A stretch of 62,444 nucleotides of DNA, counting the filler, from Asterionella formosa (taxonomy: Eukaryota), in assembly GCA_002256025.1 (NCBI GenBank). It is 11 parts of 11 records of this genome, joined end to end, with 100 filler letters (N's around TTAATTAATTAA, not from the genome) between each part and the next. Parts side by side here need not be neighbours in the genome. Positions count along the whole stretch, not along the records: positions 22,776 to 28,365 come from NKIB01013003.1; positions 28,466 to 34,051 come from NKIB01013004.1; positions 34,152 to 39,735 come from NKIB01013005.1; 8 more parts are not named here. One strand, given 5' to 3'. The notes below the pieces were generated by a model. That model was given only the letters and a program-made list of their open reading frames with translations, made no database searches and was not told where the DNA came from. A program made the position numbers and the translations under genes. Below, in pieces: positions 24,715-36,839 of the stretch (positions are counted from its first letter, which is position 1; each line of letters begins with the position of its first letter).

Positions 24715-26616
24715 CTATAACTTGGGCGGTTCCATTCCGTCATCGAACTTGTGATTATTGAGAACATTCCTTAGTAGACTCCGACAATCCACAGCGGCGC
24801 CAAGTTTGATGCAAAGCATGTAGGCCCCGGCAAGTTTTCGGTGAAGGGTATAGACCTCCTCTGGAGGAGGCGTTAATCGATGCTGCATGAATGCCGACGT
24901 GTGTTCCCCAAGCCGAGAGCTTATGTTAGAATCCCGAAAATTGAATGGCTCGTCTGAGGCAAAAGGCTCGCCGACCGTGAAGCCGCTCAATTTGTGCGCC
25001 TCTCGCATCACGTCATTTTCTTCGCCGGTCAAAAAGTTCATTTTGTGCGACAACTTCATGAGCGTGCTCTCGTCCCGATTGGCGTTGGCGCATACAATAC
25101 GCAAATAGCCATCCACGAACAATTTCGAGTATTCACGTGTAGCCCCAAAGTCAATCAAAAAGGTCGTTCCACTGCCAACATCGTAGAGAAAATTGCCCCA
25201 GTTTGGGTCTGTCTGCATAAATCGCCAGGCGAAAAGCTCTTGAATTGTCAGGTAGAGAATACAAGTACCGATTCTGTTTCGTTCCTCTTGGCTGAGATGA
25301 ACCACCTTATCGATCGTTCCTCCGTGACAAAATTCGCTGGTGATGATTTCTGATGTTGTCAACTCATCATAAACATCTGGTACAACAAAACGTTCTTTAG
25401 TAAGAACAGGATCAGACTCGACCAAATTCTTGAATCTTCGCTGGTGATCCCTTTCACGCAAGTAATCACATTCTACTTTGAGTTCGTCACGTCCGACGCG
25501 GACTACATTGTCAATGAAAAGACCCTTCGGTGCTAAGCCTGTCATTTTGACCAACATTGTCAAGTTTCTCAAGTCAGATTCGATTGAGTTTGCTACTCCA
25601 GGATATTGTACCTTGACAACTACATCCTTGATTTCAGACCCAACAGCTAGCTTTGCCCTGTGGACTTGCCCTATCGACGCTGCAGCAAACGGTAGCTCGT
25701 CAAACTCGACAAAAAGATTACGCCAATCAAGTCCAAGTTGAGATTCCATCTGCTTAATCAACTGCGATTTGGGCATTGCATCGGCTCCTTGGCGCACTTG
25801 ATTTAGAGCTCTGGTGAGAGCAGGAGGGAGCAGCGTCTCGTCTTGAATACTCAGCATTTGTCCCATTTTCAGAGCAGCTCCTCGCATTCTACACAGTGTG
25901 GCAGACAATCGATCGGCATTGGCATCAGTTCCTATGATACTCGTCGACGTCGATCCTCCACCCACAAGTCTCGAAGACCATTCGCCCAAGGCTCCAAAAG
26001 CAAGGCCAACCCCAAGTTGAGCAAAGCCAACGGCTCTCCCTGTCCGAGTCGCAGGAACAGGTCTCCCTTCTTTGAGTCTCTCATACTGCAGATTGGAGAC
26101 CATTGTTTCTCCGAGGTGCGAATGAATCGTGTGTATGTATGCGGTGTTGGAAATAGTATCCTCGTTGGAAGTAAGTTTGGACGGTGGCTCTATTTCGACG
26201 TTCGCGACAGTTGGATCTACTGGCGATTGATTCATGTGTACGTCATCGATGGTTGGAACAGTATCACCGTTCGAAGTGTTCTTGTATATTGATTCCATTT
26301 CAACATTCGAAGTTGGGTTGGGTCGTTGAAGTAGGTTTTGAGGCTCCGGACAAGGCGATGTGGGAGTAGCCATGACTAAATGTTCAGTTTTGGAAGTCAA
26401 GGGTTGCTGAGCCTGCATAGTATTCACTTGCTGTGTCCTTCTCTGCCGATAAAAATATTGTTGAGCTGGAACTGCAGAGGCTCTTGTCAACAAATCAGCT
26501 CCATGAACTACGACACGATTGGCAATTTCAGTGGATTGCTCCGTCGCTCGAGTTGCCGCTGCTTGAGCGACCATTCGAAACCCCATCGCCACGCGGATCC
26601 ATCCAGACGAAGTCAT
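24715..26616 (-). CDS. COQ8: ABC1/COQ8 (ADCK3/4-like) atypical kinase, mitochondrial
   Basis: LCRMRGAALKMGQMLSIQD, AAASIGQVH, VKVQYPGV, MQTDPNWGNFLY, IDFGA, PPPEEVYTLHRKL; 633 aa. Confidence 0.93.
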   Translation of the reverse strand: MTSSGWIRVAMGFRMVAQAAATRATEQSTEIANRVVVHGADLLTRASAVPAQQYFYRQRRTQQVNTMQAQQPLTSKTEHLVMATPTSPCPEPQNLLQRPNPTSNVEMESIYKNTSNGDTVPTIDDVHMNQSPVDPTVANVEIEPPSKLTSNEDTISNTAYIHTIHSHLGETMVSNLQYERLKEGRPVPATRTGRAVGFAQLGVGLAFGALGEWSSRLVGGGSTSTSIIGTDANADRLSATLCRMRGAALKMGQMLSIQDETLLPPALTRALNQVRQGADAMPKSQLIKQMESQLGLDWRNLFVEFDELPFAAASIGQVHRAKLAVGSEIKDVVVKVQYPGVANSIESDLRNLTMLVKMTGLAPKGLFIDNVVRVGRDELKVECDYLRERDHQRRFKNLVESDPVLTKERFVVPDVYDELTTSEIITSEFCHGGTIDKVVHLSQEERNRIGTCILYLTIQELFAWRFMQTDPNWGNFLYDVGSGTTFLIDFGATREYSKLFVDGYLRIVCANANRDESTLMKLSHKMNFLTGEENDVMREAHKLSGFTVGEPFASDEPFNFRDSNISSRLGEHTSAFMQHRLTPPPEEVYTLHRKLAGAYMLCIKLGAAVDCRSLLRNVLNNHKFDDGMEPPKL

Positions 26617-27133
26617 ATTTGTGTGAAGATGAAGGATGGCCCGAGTCGCCTTGAGCTATTCGAGCAATGGTGGTGGCAGCGACGTTGTCATTCTAGTAGT
26701 ACTGGCACATGGGATAATGCGCTCACCATGAAGAACATGATCATGTTCTCATGATGATGATGATGATGATGTGGGAAATACCGGTAACTGTGCCAGCAGG
26801 ACGACGACGAGGACATGCCGATGATGAGCACAGACAGGGATACAGTACAATACCCGTATGTCGTACTGTATAGTGCGGTAGACGTCTGACTCAGATAGAA
26901 GCACGCAACCCGACCAAGCATTTCCTATATTCAGGTACGTATACAATAGTATGTTCGGATGCGATTCGCGAACACCACCCGCGACCAAGAAGATCAGGAA
27001 AGGTGGTGACAAGCAACCGTGATGATGCTGTCGCCATGATCATTGCTACCTGGTGGTACCTGCTACCAGGTAGTCACAATGACAAAGGCAAAGTCCTTTA
27101 ATTCACTATTTCAGTCATCATGCACTTTTGGGA

Positions 27134-28365
27134 ATGATCGAGGAAGCCGGAACCCTCTCATGCAGAAGGCAGACACCATGGACACCGACATATCCAGGTG
27201 GCGCCCATGCTCGATTTGATTGTCGAGCGGGATTATCTACTGATGGTATGATTGCAGCATGTCTTGACTGTCGTAGCGAGAACTCCATCGCCATTCTGGA
27301 TTTCATTCAAACCAAAATTCGAGGAGCTATGGAAGAAAATTTAGAGTTTAGCGTTTTGCTAGAAGATTCTCATATAGGAACTGCTAGGGGTGTTAAAGCA
27401 ACGAAAGTAGTGATCGTGATGGACGACGCGGAGCATTCTAAAGATTGTTGGAGTCAGGATGAATTCGATGTGATTCGGAAACGATTTCCACCTTCCAAGG
27501 CTGTCGAAGACTCAGTGGAAGCAATGCTGGAACTTGCTGCGCTTAAGGATCACGTCTATGGCAGAGGCAACCCCGCATCAGTTCACTGTCCTCTCAACTT
27601 CGTCAAGCTTTTATGTACTTTTTTGTCTTTGGAATGTTTGGGAATTGTAACTGTCTCACACTCGCCACTTCCACTTGATGATGAAATTGACGCTTTTACT
27701 GCTCATTTATTGATTGGTCTCGTCACACATTCATCTCGTGGTGTGGTGGAGCCAGCTGCTATCGCTGCACTGCGTGTGTTGACGGGGGTCAGCCAGGGCC
27801 AAGCGTCAATCTGCCACGCTGCGTTCATCCCGTCGTTCATCGGGACCGGTACAGATAGATCTGGATCACTTTGTCGTATTATGGCTGGTAGTACATCCAC
27901 AGTGACCTCACCACAGTCAGTCTCGAGTTGGAACATTCATGCTCTTACCTTGTTGGAAACGAACCTCGACGACATTACATCAGAAACATTGGCTTTCTCT
28001 ATCCAGTCCCTAATCGACAATGGAGCTGTTGATGCTTGGGTGACTCCAATAATCATGAAAAAAGGTCGGCCTGCTCATACACTAAGTTGTCTGTGTGAGT
28101 CATCTGATGAACTTGTTGACAAACTCTTGGAAGTCTTGTTTCGCCAAACTACAACTCTGGGAGTAAGAATCAAACGCAATATTGAACGAGCAGCTTTGCG
28201 ACGCAAATTTCTGAAGATCCAAACACCTTATATTGACGAGCAACTAAAGGGCATTGTTGACGTGAAAGTGGGGTATTTGAATATGGAGGTTGTCTCCCTA
28301 AAGCCTGAGTTTGATCATTGTAAGGTGATATCACTCAATACTGGGGTGTCTATCAAACGAGTCTC
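27134..28365 (+). CDS. larC: LarC/DUF111-like protein (nickel-pincer cofactor biosynthesis family), divergent N-domain, 3' truncated
   Basis: C-domain LLETNLDD...GAVDAWVTPIIMKKGRPA...FRQTTTLGVR...VKVG...KPEFDHC is typical LarC; N-terminal FDCRAGLSTDGMIAACLD is a weak match to FDC.SG.SGDM..GALLD. Confidence 0.8.
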
Positions 28366-30104
28366 NNNNNNNNNNNNNNNNNNNNNNNNNNNNNNNNNNN
28401 NNNNNNNNNTTAATTAATTAANNNNNNNNNNNNNNNNNNNNNNNNNNNNNNNNNNNNNNNNNNNNAAGAGTTTGTCGTTGATTTCTACTGAAATACTAAC
28501 AGCCATTTGGTAGGTGTCATATACATCTAACAGTCACGTATAAAACATTTTTCTTTCTTTCTAGTTGACCATGTGAAGAATTCTTTTCTTGAAGGAAACC
28601 TGAGGAGAGGCGGCGGAAGCGACCAGCGTGTATTTGTATCGAAAATACCGGCAAGTTGCGGTCATTTTGCTTAAAAGACATTTTAATTCGGGATAAAGAT
28701 AGGTACATATTTAGTTTCAGCTACGCAACTTGCGGGTAGCAGCAACAAGCAAAGTGTAGATTTCAAAATAACAGAAAGTTCAATCACCGCCATCAAACAA
28801 GAACCATTCTGAAATATTTACGAACCCGGAAGAGGCTGAAAAGGACTACCGGTACCGATACCGTTCCGCCTCTATTACCCCTAACACAAAGAAAATTTAG
28901 TGATGAGGACTCGAGAGTGGTACCGGTACAAGTACCTACCTGCAGCACAGCCATTTTATGAATGGTGGTTGGTAGCCTTTTAGACCACCGGTATACATAC
29001 CAGGATATGTACATATACTTATACAATTACCGCTAGACTACCAGTACTAGGTACCGGCAGCTGAATGCTCACTGTACTTTACTCCCCACGTATTAGTTAT
29101 ATTTAGTATGTATGACATCCCGGTATGTATTGTGCACGCCGGTAAACCATGTACAGGAAGTATGAAAAAACATAATTGTATGCAAATCCAACACAATACC
29201 GCTCCAAATGGTTGACTCTTTGTAGTTTCATTTCATTTCTTTGGCCTTCAAGCGGTTCACCCACAGTTTGCTGGAAAATGGAAACATATATGCATTCATC
29301 AAGCAAGCAAGGTCTTGCCCGATGTGATGGACTATAATGATACACAATGTTCCATTGGAGTAATGGTCGTCCTTGTAGTCATTGCTTATCTTTAAATTAG
29401 CTCACAAGTATAATCAACAAGAAAGCATTCTATTTTAGAGCGCATTTTTTAATGCATAAACCTCGAGTTACGCCTTTCGATTATTCAAGTGGTAGCACAT
29501 CACAATTCCCTCATATGCGTATAACAGGTATCTGGAGCTCCATATCTATTTCCCTTTTGTTACCTGATCCAGTAGGTACCAGTTTCTTTTCAACAAACAT
29601 GGCACACACTATAGCCTTGATATACTAAGGGCTTAAACAAAGTAGTGGTACCAGGTGAGTAGATATGATCAAGAGCCAGATTGCTCAGAACTGATCCACA
29701 GGGAATATTATTTGCAGTCCAGCGAGAATTAGAAGACTTACACAGGATAATATGAGCAAAACACTGGTGCTTGCCACCAATATCTGAGGTACAACTTTTA
29801 TCAAGTATACCAATCCTTCCCTGGAACAGTTCAACTTCTTGCACCAATCACTCCAAGGCAAAATACATTCTTTCTACAGCCAAGGTGCAAATAGTGTTGG
29901 CAAGCATTTGTTGCTTATACGCGTTATTTAGTAGATACTGCAACTGTGATCCCCCCTCAGACCCGATCCCATTTGCATCATGAAAAAGGTATACCACAGC
30001 TGCTCAAGATAACAGGCTAGTTCAACTTTTTTGGGAATAATGCATCAGGACCAGAAGTGCCTCTAGTAGATAGCAGAGGGTATAATAGATTAAAAGTGCA
30101 GTAA

Positions 30105-30791
30105 TCAGGATTGATTGCTGCCAAATGAATAACCAGCAGTTCTGCTCTCAACACCAAACCTCAAAGGTGGATGATCAGAAGGATCATCATCGATAGACAT
30201 GAGCAGCCCTTTCTCGTCGGTCAATACTAAGAATGGTTTATTTTTTCTCATGATCAGGTGCTTGACACGACCTGAGATACCCAAGAGAGAGTTAGAACTC
30301 TTGTTCATCATATCTTTCCCCGATGAAACCTGCATTGAGAGAACATTTTCAGAAAAGGAGGATAACGAGGGTTCGATGGACATGTCATCTTCAAAGACTT
30401 CAGCAATGGGCACATGCCATCCTTTGTTTCGACTCCCAACTCCGAACGGTGATTTGTTCCTATTGGGCCGTTTGGAGTACTGAAGTGGTGATTGCTCTGG
30501 GATCGAAACTGAAAGACTCAAAGATCGATCAGAAATATTCTTCATCCTCGATTGACGCTTGGCTTTCATTGCGATAGACAACTCCAAGAGATCCACAGAG
30601 GTACGGCCCTCAACAAAATCATCGTTGGAGGAAATCGATCCAAAAAACGAAGCTGAGGAAGCCAACGAGACATTTTCAGCACACAAAGGGTTTCCACGCT
30701 CAAAAGCAATAAAGCTGCCAGCCTTTGAAAACACTTCATCGTACTCCTCCTCTCGTTTCCAGCATCTAAGTCGGAATGGTTGTTGTCTCAT
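30105..30791 (-). CDS. Hypothetical Ser-rich protein (228 aa)
   Basis: Uninterrupted ATG-to-stop ORF, more GC-rich than its flanks; no recognised domain. Confidence 0.55.
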   Translation of the reverse strand: MRQQPFRLRCWKREEEYDEVFSKAGSFIAFERGNPLCAENVSLASSASFFGSISSNDDFVEGRTSVDLLELSIAMKAKRQSRMKNISDRSLSLSVSIPEQSPLQYSKRPNRNKSPFGVGSRNKGWHVPIAEVFEDDMSIEPSLSSFSENVLSMQVSSGKDMMNKSSNSLLGISGRVKHLIMRKNKPFLVLTDEKGLLMSIDDDPSDHPPLRFGVESRTAGYSFGSNQS

Positions 30792-31546
30792 TTTAATAAG
30801 TAACGATAACCTTTAGTCGGCATGTGAAATAGCACTTGTTCCCACAACTTGATTGTGAGAACATCTATCGCTTTTTTGGTTGTCCAGCTTTAGTCGGAGG
30901 TTGGAGGGAGTACCTAGTACTTGCCTCATGCTGTATCGACCTAATGCTGATGGTATTCAGCATCCTCACTTTTTAGCGATGGCTGAGCGTCTTTTGTGAT
31001 ACAATGGTACACATTCATTCCAAATATATGCTTTTTGGCGAAAAATTGCACGTCGTCTGTAACTTAATCTAAATACATACTAAGTCTCCTCTATACAATT
31101 GGTATGCCTCTTTTCTAAATAATACATATATGGATAACATATAAACATACATAATCACACTTTCATATTGTATATATTGAAATATACCTAAAATCTGTAG
31201 ATGGTCACTTTTGTTCGCCTGTTTTCTTCACCAAAACACGCAGATTTCCCAATNNNNNNNNNNNNNNNNNNNNNNNNNNNNNNNNNNNNNNNNNNNNNNN
31301 NNNNNNNNNNNNNNNNNNNNNNNNNNNNNNNNNNNNNNNNNNNNNNNNNNNNNNNNNNNNNNNNNNNNNNNNTCACCAAAACACGCAGATTTCCCAATAC
31401 ACGCATTTTCTTTCAGTTCAGGTTTTCTAAGAACCATTCATTGCGTCAATCAACTCAAAATACGGTCGTATCACCGGTCTCTCTTCATCTAATAAAGGTC
31501 AACAATATAGACGCCTTCAAAAATTGATGGAAATCCAGCAAAGACG

Positions 31547-31996
31547 ATGTTTGAAGTCAGAGTTGAAATAGATCGACGCCTAAACGGCGATGAACAAGCC
31601 ATGAAGGCTGGATTCGCCATTGCTACCTTCCTTTTCATCTTCTTCGGATTAGCATATTGCATTTATTGCTATACACTGTGTTTAGTCACGAAATCCCCTG
31701 ATCGAGATATTGTCCTTGCCTTCGACGAAGAAAACATCGGGAAGTGTCATGACGTGTCCAAGACTGAATCCGACGGCTCTCAAGAGGGCCCACAAGAGGT
31801 GACACAAAGTTCCACAGCTGGTGTTATGACCACATGTGACGTGCAAAAGTGTGCTTTTTCGCATTGCGACGCATGTAAAGAGACAGCAAGTGGAACAATA
31901 TTTGTATCAGTTGGCAAGGATGTGGATTGGTCGTTAGCAGGTATCATCCCGGCGAAGTGGATAAAGTGGCAGGAGAGTCGATGCAGGTGGAAATAG
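31547..31996 (+). CDS. Hypothetical single-TM protein with Cys-rich C-terminal motif (149 aa)
   Basis: Hydrophobic GFAIATFLFIFFGLAYCIYCYTLCLV; CDVQKCAFSHCDAC motif. Confidence 0.55.
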   Translation: MFEVRVEIDRRLNGDEQAMKAGFAIATFLFIFFGLAYCIYCYTLCLVTKSPDRDIVLAFDEENIGKCHDVSKTESDGSQEGPQEVTQSSTAGVMTTCDVQKCAFSHCDACKETASGTIFVSVGKDVDWSLAGIIPAKWIKWQESRCRWK

Positions 31997-32131
31997 TTTG
32001 ATGCCAACTATTTCAATGAAAGTATTTGGGGCTGAAATGAAATTATGTGCAACTGTTCCCCTTTAACCAATCGATCGCTTTAACTATTTCTCGAACAGCC
32101 CTTTCACTAAATAGATGCCAGAGAATGGTGC

Positions 32132-34051
32132 TGTTAAATTGTCTAGCTTAATTAATTGAGAATATCACAGATGTCACTTTTAAGATCTCTAAAGATGAAA
32201 ACTTATTTTCACTTTACACTTTACAATATTGTGTTTATTAATTGTCTACCTGATCTTGTTCTTTCATGATTACTCAAGTAATCCCATGCAAAACATCTCA
32301 CACTTTTGATCATGTTAATATGATTTTGCTCGCTTTTACAATCTATGAGCATCTTAATCCATGTGACAATAAATGAGCATCTCAATTCATTGCAACATGA
32401 AATTGCATGACTTGGCTTCTAATCAACTCGATTCATAGGATTCCATATATTTTGTCACCTTCCCTGATCTCAAAACCAGCAATCCATGGTCTCATTCCTA
32501 CTAATATGACTTGCATGAGTTTCATGAAAGTTCTTAATGACATTCTTTGAGAGTAGGTCTGCAGGATTGTTCAAAGTATTCACATAATCAACTCTAATAT
32601 CCCTAGCCTTCACCTTTTCTCGAATGAAATGATATCTCACATCGATTTGCTTAGTTATTGAACCAACCTGCTGATTCTTTGATTAAAAAATTGTATTCAG
32701 CAATGATACTGGGCATTTTCACACATTGAACTTCATTGAATAGATTCATTATAAAAATAGTTTCCTTTGATCCATCTGATAGCGCCAAGTACTCTGCTTC
32801 AGGGCTGGAAACAATAACAATCTTTTGTCCTTTTGAAATCCAATTCACAAGCAATGCACCATCAACTGTGCCTAAATATGCACTTGTCGATTTCCTGGTA
32901 TCTGGATTGTCTCCAAATGAGCTATCTACCATGTCTTGGACTCATGATTCATGTGGTGGTCTCATTTTTAATTTTCTGTTTCTTTCATCAGTTGCAATGA
33001 ATCCTAACAAACGTTCAACAGCACTCCAATGGGCCTCTCCTGGATTCTCTAAATGTTGGGAAAGTTCCCAATATTCATTTGCGCATACTGGTCCAACTTT
33101 CTTCACAAAATATAACATTTCACCAACCGTAAAACAATATTCTTCATGGAGAGTGACTTTGTCTGGTAAATTTCTGGGAAAATTTCCAGGCAATGCTGGG
33201 GTTAATTCATCTCTTGGATACTTCCAAAAATATATTTAAAATCTTGGAACATAACATGCTCAACTCCAAATAACGTCCCACTTTATCCTATCCCCAATCG
33301 TACTACACTCCCAAATGATTCTTCACAGGGCCCAGCTCCGCCTTGAATGTAAAATGTTTCTTGATTTCACTTTTGAACCATTTAAAAATCGATTGGCTTT
33401 CAAACAATTGCACAATCATCGACATGTGTAGCAAATTTTAGTGGGATTAGTGCATTGTTTTCCTTTACAAAGAATAAACATGGATCAACCTTGCTTTGCT
33501 GAAATCCAACATTGGTTAGGTTTTTAACCACTTTCTTGAAGAATTGAAGCGCTACTTGAAATGTGCTATACATGGCCTTCTCCAACAATCTAAAGAATTT
33601 TCTTTTCATTGTTTCTTCTGTTTCGAAACCAAACTCTAAAGCCCCATCTGGCCCATTACAATAGATTTATGCTCGTCCATCTGTCCACCAAGAAAAGCAG
33701 CTTCGACATCAAAGAGCGATCTCACACCCATCTTTGTCCCCAGACATATCCCATTTGTGTAGCGATAGGGCAAATATCATATGCATTGAAGAATCTGTTT
33801 CAACTGGAGCGACTGAATCAGTGAAATCTAGTCCAGGGATCGGAACATTGCCTTTCACTACAATATGTCCTTTGTATCTAACACTTTTATCCTGCTCGCA
33901 CTTCTTGAATAACCAGCATGTGCCTAATGGCCTTCTTACATTGAGATTGTCAGGAAGAACCGCCCATTTTCCAAACATTTGGCTTGTAGAAGTTATTGAT
34001 TTCCTTTTTTATTAGCAACACTCTATTGCTTGCTCTTATCGCCTTTCATAG
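32132..34051 (-). mobile_element. Decayed Ty1/Copia 3' half (RT, RNase H, PPT, 3' LTR)
   Basis: LGTCWLFKK..YKGHIVVKG..PGLDFTDSVAPV, KAMY, SKVDPCLF, HVDD, VDSSFGDNPDTRKSTS, SSPEAEY; many stops; purine run AGGGAAGG followed by a TG...CA segment at 32457-32132. Confidence 0.85.
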
Positions 34052-34151
34052 NNNNNNNNNNNNNNNNNNNNNNNNNNNNNNNNNNNNNNNNNNNNTTAAT
34101 TAATTAANNNNNNNNNNNNNNNNNNNNNNNNNNNNNNNNNNNNNNNNNNNN

Positions 34152-36839
34152 CAGGAAGTCAAATCAGTAACGATGAAAAATCTTGATGACTCGTTGAGGG
34201 AGGCCGAAACCAAGGTAGCGGAACATCAGGAAAATACAGCAGTGAAGATAAAGCATCTTGAAGACTCCTTGAAGGAGGTTGAAACCAAGGAAGCGGAACT
34301 ATCATCCCTTTCAACGCCATCTTCATCCGACAGTGGTGATCGTCTGAGCACCTTGCAAAGCCACCTTTTCTACAACGAGTCAGAGAATTCCAATTCTTCA
34401 GTTTGTGTCACCACAAAAAATGTTCGCACCGAAAATATCACAACAAATTTACCGGAAGGCTTCGACAGCTACTCCCATGACAGGCTTGCATCGATAAAGA
34501 ATGATTTCAACAAGTCAGACACTACCAAGGATCTCAGCGGGTCGATTAATTTTGTGTTGGACAAGTCCGCTTTCGAGCCTTCGACTTTCTTAGCTCAGGA
34601 TTTCGAAAATAATTGCTCAAATGATGACCGTAGCCTTTCTGAGCAAATGACTTACGTGGAATCTTCGCTTTTTGGTGAATTCTATGTCAAATCTTCAGGT
34701 TCCTTGGAAGAACAGGAAGTTAGACACAAGGAGGTACTCAGGGCACCAAAATCATTATTACAAGGCCCAGACGAACAGCGACAATCGCCTGAAAAATCCC
34801 AAGTGTCTGCAACCACTGCCCTTCAATGTTTGCAAAAGAACAATGCTGGAGTCCAAAAAGTTCTGACGTCATCATCGTCCAAGGTGATAACTGCAAAACT
34901 TCAAGACCCGACAACCCATGACGACACCCCAAAAAAATCTTCCAGAAGCTTGTCACGTATTGAGAACACTTCTGATGAGGATGATGAAATTTTCAGTGGT
35001 ATTGACGAAGAAGCTTTAGAAGCTCCCAAATTGTTCTGTACAGATCACGGGGCAATGGTGCAGGATTCAAAGTCATACAAAGCAGCTGCGAAATCTATTA
35101 ATTATCTAGATGATCAGACCGAAATTGGGAGTAAAGGATCGTCATTCAAATTGAATAACTCTTTTGATGAAGATGTTTTTTCTGGTGTTTCAGATTCTGT
35201 TGATTCAAGCAACATTTTGAGCAAGCTTGAAAATGGAAAGCAATATTTTGCTTCAAGATTGCAGACACCACCACCACCACCTCTTCCAGGAAGTCACTTT
35301 GGGACCGTACTAGACAGTTCAGCAATGCTGGAGACTGTTCATTCTGTCATTACTTCTTCGGTTCTTGCTGGCGAGACTTCAAACACGCAAAACTCTATCA
35401 GCCAACTCATGCACTTTGATCGGACCACCATTATAGATGAAAGTGCAACGGCCACCGAAAAAATTGATCCACAAAATCAAGTGATTCAAAAGCGCATAAC
35501 GCATAAACAAAAGTCTCTCCTTGTCCCAAGAAGTGATGACACTAATTCTACAATGCATGCCAAGCCCATGTTTGATTCACATTTACTCAAGAAAAGATCT
35601 TCAAGAGTAATCAACCTGGAAAATGACAAAGAACCAATCAATGACAAAAAATTATGTGAAAAGTATTCAGAGGGTCCTTTCTTCCGCTTCGGATCAACAG
35701 TTGTTGACAATTTCGTTGTTGGTATCTGTGCCCCTATTGGAAATGGACATGGTATTGACGACGACAATGATGACCTACGGATGTCAGATGCACAATCAGT
35801 TGCAAGCAATACCGCTAATGTCAGTATTGCAGAGTCCGAATTGAGCGAAGAGGAGAAGAATGTCTGGAATGCCCGGGACCGCCGCGATCACAATTCAAAT
35901 ATGAAACCGATTGAGCAGCCACCAGCTGAACCAAAACCGCAAAATGCTGGCCAAGCTCACAACACTCTTAAATCTATTATTGGAGCTATACACACCTTGC
36001 CTCAAGATATCCCCAAAAAGCCCACCACATATGACTTACCTGGGCTTGGCTCACCAACGACTTCAGAGAGTAGTGTTTCTGGGTCTGGGACAAGCGCCCA
36101 AGTGTCATCCTCTGACATGTCTTCCAAAATGATGATTTTCGAGGATTCAACAGATGACACGTGCAGAAGCTATGATGGGCGAGCTACTCCCCATTCAAGA
36201 GCTACAACGGGAACCTCATCAGCTGGTTTATCGGCTCAAGTTCAACTCGCCCGTCCAACGACGACAGATGTCCTTTCTCAAAATCAGGGTCGAATTCTGG
36301 AAAATTTCACCTCGTCTTTAAAGCGGAAAGGAATTGAAGTCCTTAAGTTGAGCCGTGACTTAAGGTGGCAATTCCGACACTTGACAGTGTCGAGCGAGAC
36401 CAGGTTGATTAAACAGGAAGCCAGAAGTGATCACTACTCCGTTCCTCTAGGCATTTTATGGCAGAAGCGATTCAATCTCAAAGGGAAGGAATCCAGTGTG
36501 TTATGCATTGACAACCAAGGTCATGGAGGCATGGTTATTGAAGACCTTCGTAGTGTGGCTGCTTCTACAAAAGCTGACAGTCAGCACCCAATCCCGCGAA
36601 AGTTCGCTAATAAGTTTAGTGATTCGGTGTCGGTAACTATTACCTATAGTCTTGGAAAGTCTACACGATTCTTGATACTACGGTGTCAAACAACAGAGGA
36701 AGCACATTTCGTCTGTACTGGTTTGCGAGTTTTGATTGATGTCTTGCGACGAGAAAAGGCATACAAGTTGGATGCCCTCTTGACACGCAATGAAAATGAT
36801 GGGGATTATGTCGCTGATGAATCTGCCGATGCACAATAG
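34152..36839 (+). CDS. Large low-complexity protein with N-terminal coiled coil and C-terminal PH-like domain, 5' truncated
   Basis: At least 888 aa open frame; C-terminal GIEVLKLSRDLRWQFRHLTV...LILRCQTTEEAHFVCTGLRVLID has a PH-like strand/helix pattern. Confidence 0.75.
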   Translation, partial: QEVKSVTMKNLDDSLREAETKVAEHQENTAVKIKHLEDSLKEVETKEAELSSLSTPSSSDSGDRLSTLQSHLFYNESENSNSSVCVTTKNVRTENITTNLPEGFDSYSHDRLASIKNDFNKSDTTKDLSGSINFVLDKSAFEPSTFLAQDFENNCSNDDRSLSEQMTYVESSLFGEFYVKSSGSLEEQEVRHKEVLRAPKSLLQGPDEQRQSPEKSQVSATTALQCLQKNNAGVQKVLTSSSSKVITAKLQDPTTHDDTPKKSSRSLSRIENTSDEDDEIFSGIDEEALEAPKLFCTDHGAMVQDSKSYKAAAKSINYLDDQTEIGSKGSSFKLNNSFDEDVFSGVSDSVDSSNILSKLENGKQYFASRLQTPPPPPLPGSHFGTVLDSSAMLETVHSVITSSVLAGETSNTQNSISQLMHFDRTTIIDESATATEKIDPQNQVIQKRITHKQKSLLVPRSDDTNSTMHAKPMFDSHLLKKRSSRVINLENDKEPINDKKLCEKYSEGPFFRFGSTVVDNFVVGICAPIGNGHGIDDDNDDLRMSDAQSVASNTANVSIAESELSEEEKNVWNARDRRDHNSNMKPIEQPPAEPKPQNAGQAHNTLKSIIGAIHTLPQDIPKKPTTYDLPGLGSPTTSESSVSGSGTSAQVSSSDMSSKMMIFEDSTDDTCRSYDGRATPHSRATTGTSSAGLSAQVQLARPTTTDVLSQNQGRILENFTSSLKRKGIEVLKLSRDLRWQFRHLTVSSETRLIKQEARSDHYSVPLGILWQKRFNLKGKESSVLCIDNQGHGGMVIEDLRSVAASTKADSQHPIPRKFANKFSDSVSVTITYSLGKSTRFLILRCQTTEEAHFVCTGLRVLIDVLRREKAYKLDALLTRNENDGDYVADESADAQ

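Noticed and set aside
24887..26754. Antisense ORFs overlapping COQ8 (and similar ones over ORC2, CLC and pol)
   Set aside because: Shadow frames of real genes with no independent coding signal.
26688..26921. Poly-His ORF beside the LarC-like gene as a nickel chaperone
   Set aside because: It derives from an (ATG)n microsatellite in the COQ8 upstream region; the ORF is short and otherwise not coding-like.
22907..28365. ORC2-COQ8-LarC as a functional cluster
   Set aside because: Unrelated functions; ordinary dense eukaryotic gene packing.
29580..30060. Possible decayed membrane-protein gene on the minus strand
   Set aside because: Hydrophobic stretches are interrupted by stops and no family could be recognised.
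31228..31398. Direct repeat tcaccaaaacacgcagatttcccaat flanking an N gap
   Set aside because: Typical unmerged contig overlap at a scaffold gap, not a TSD or biological repeat.
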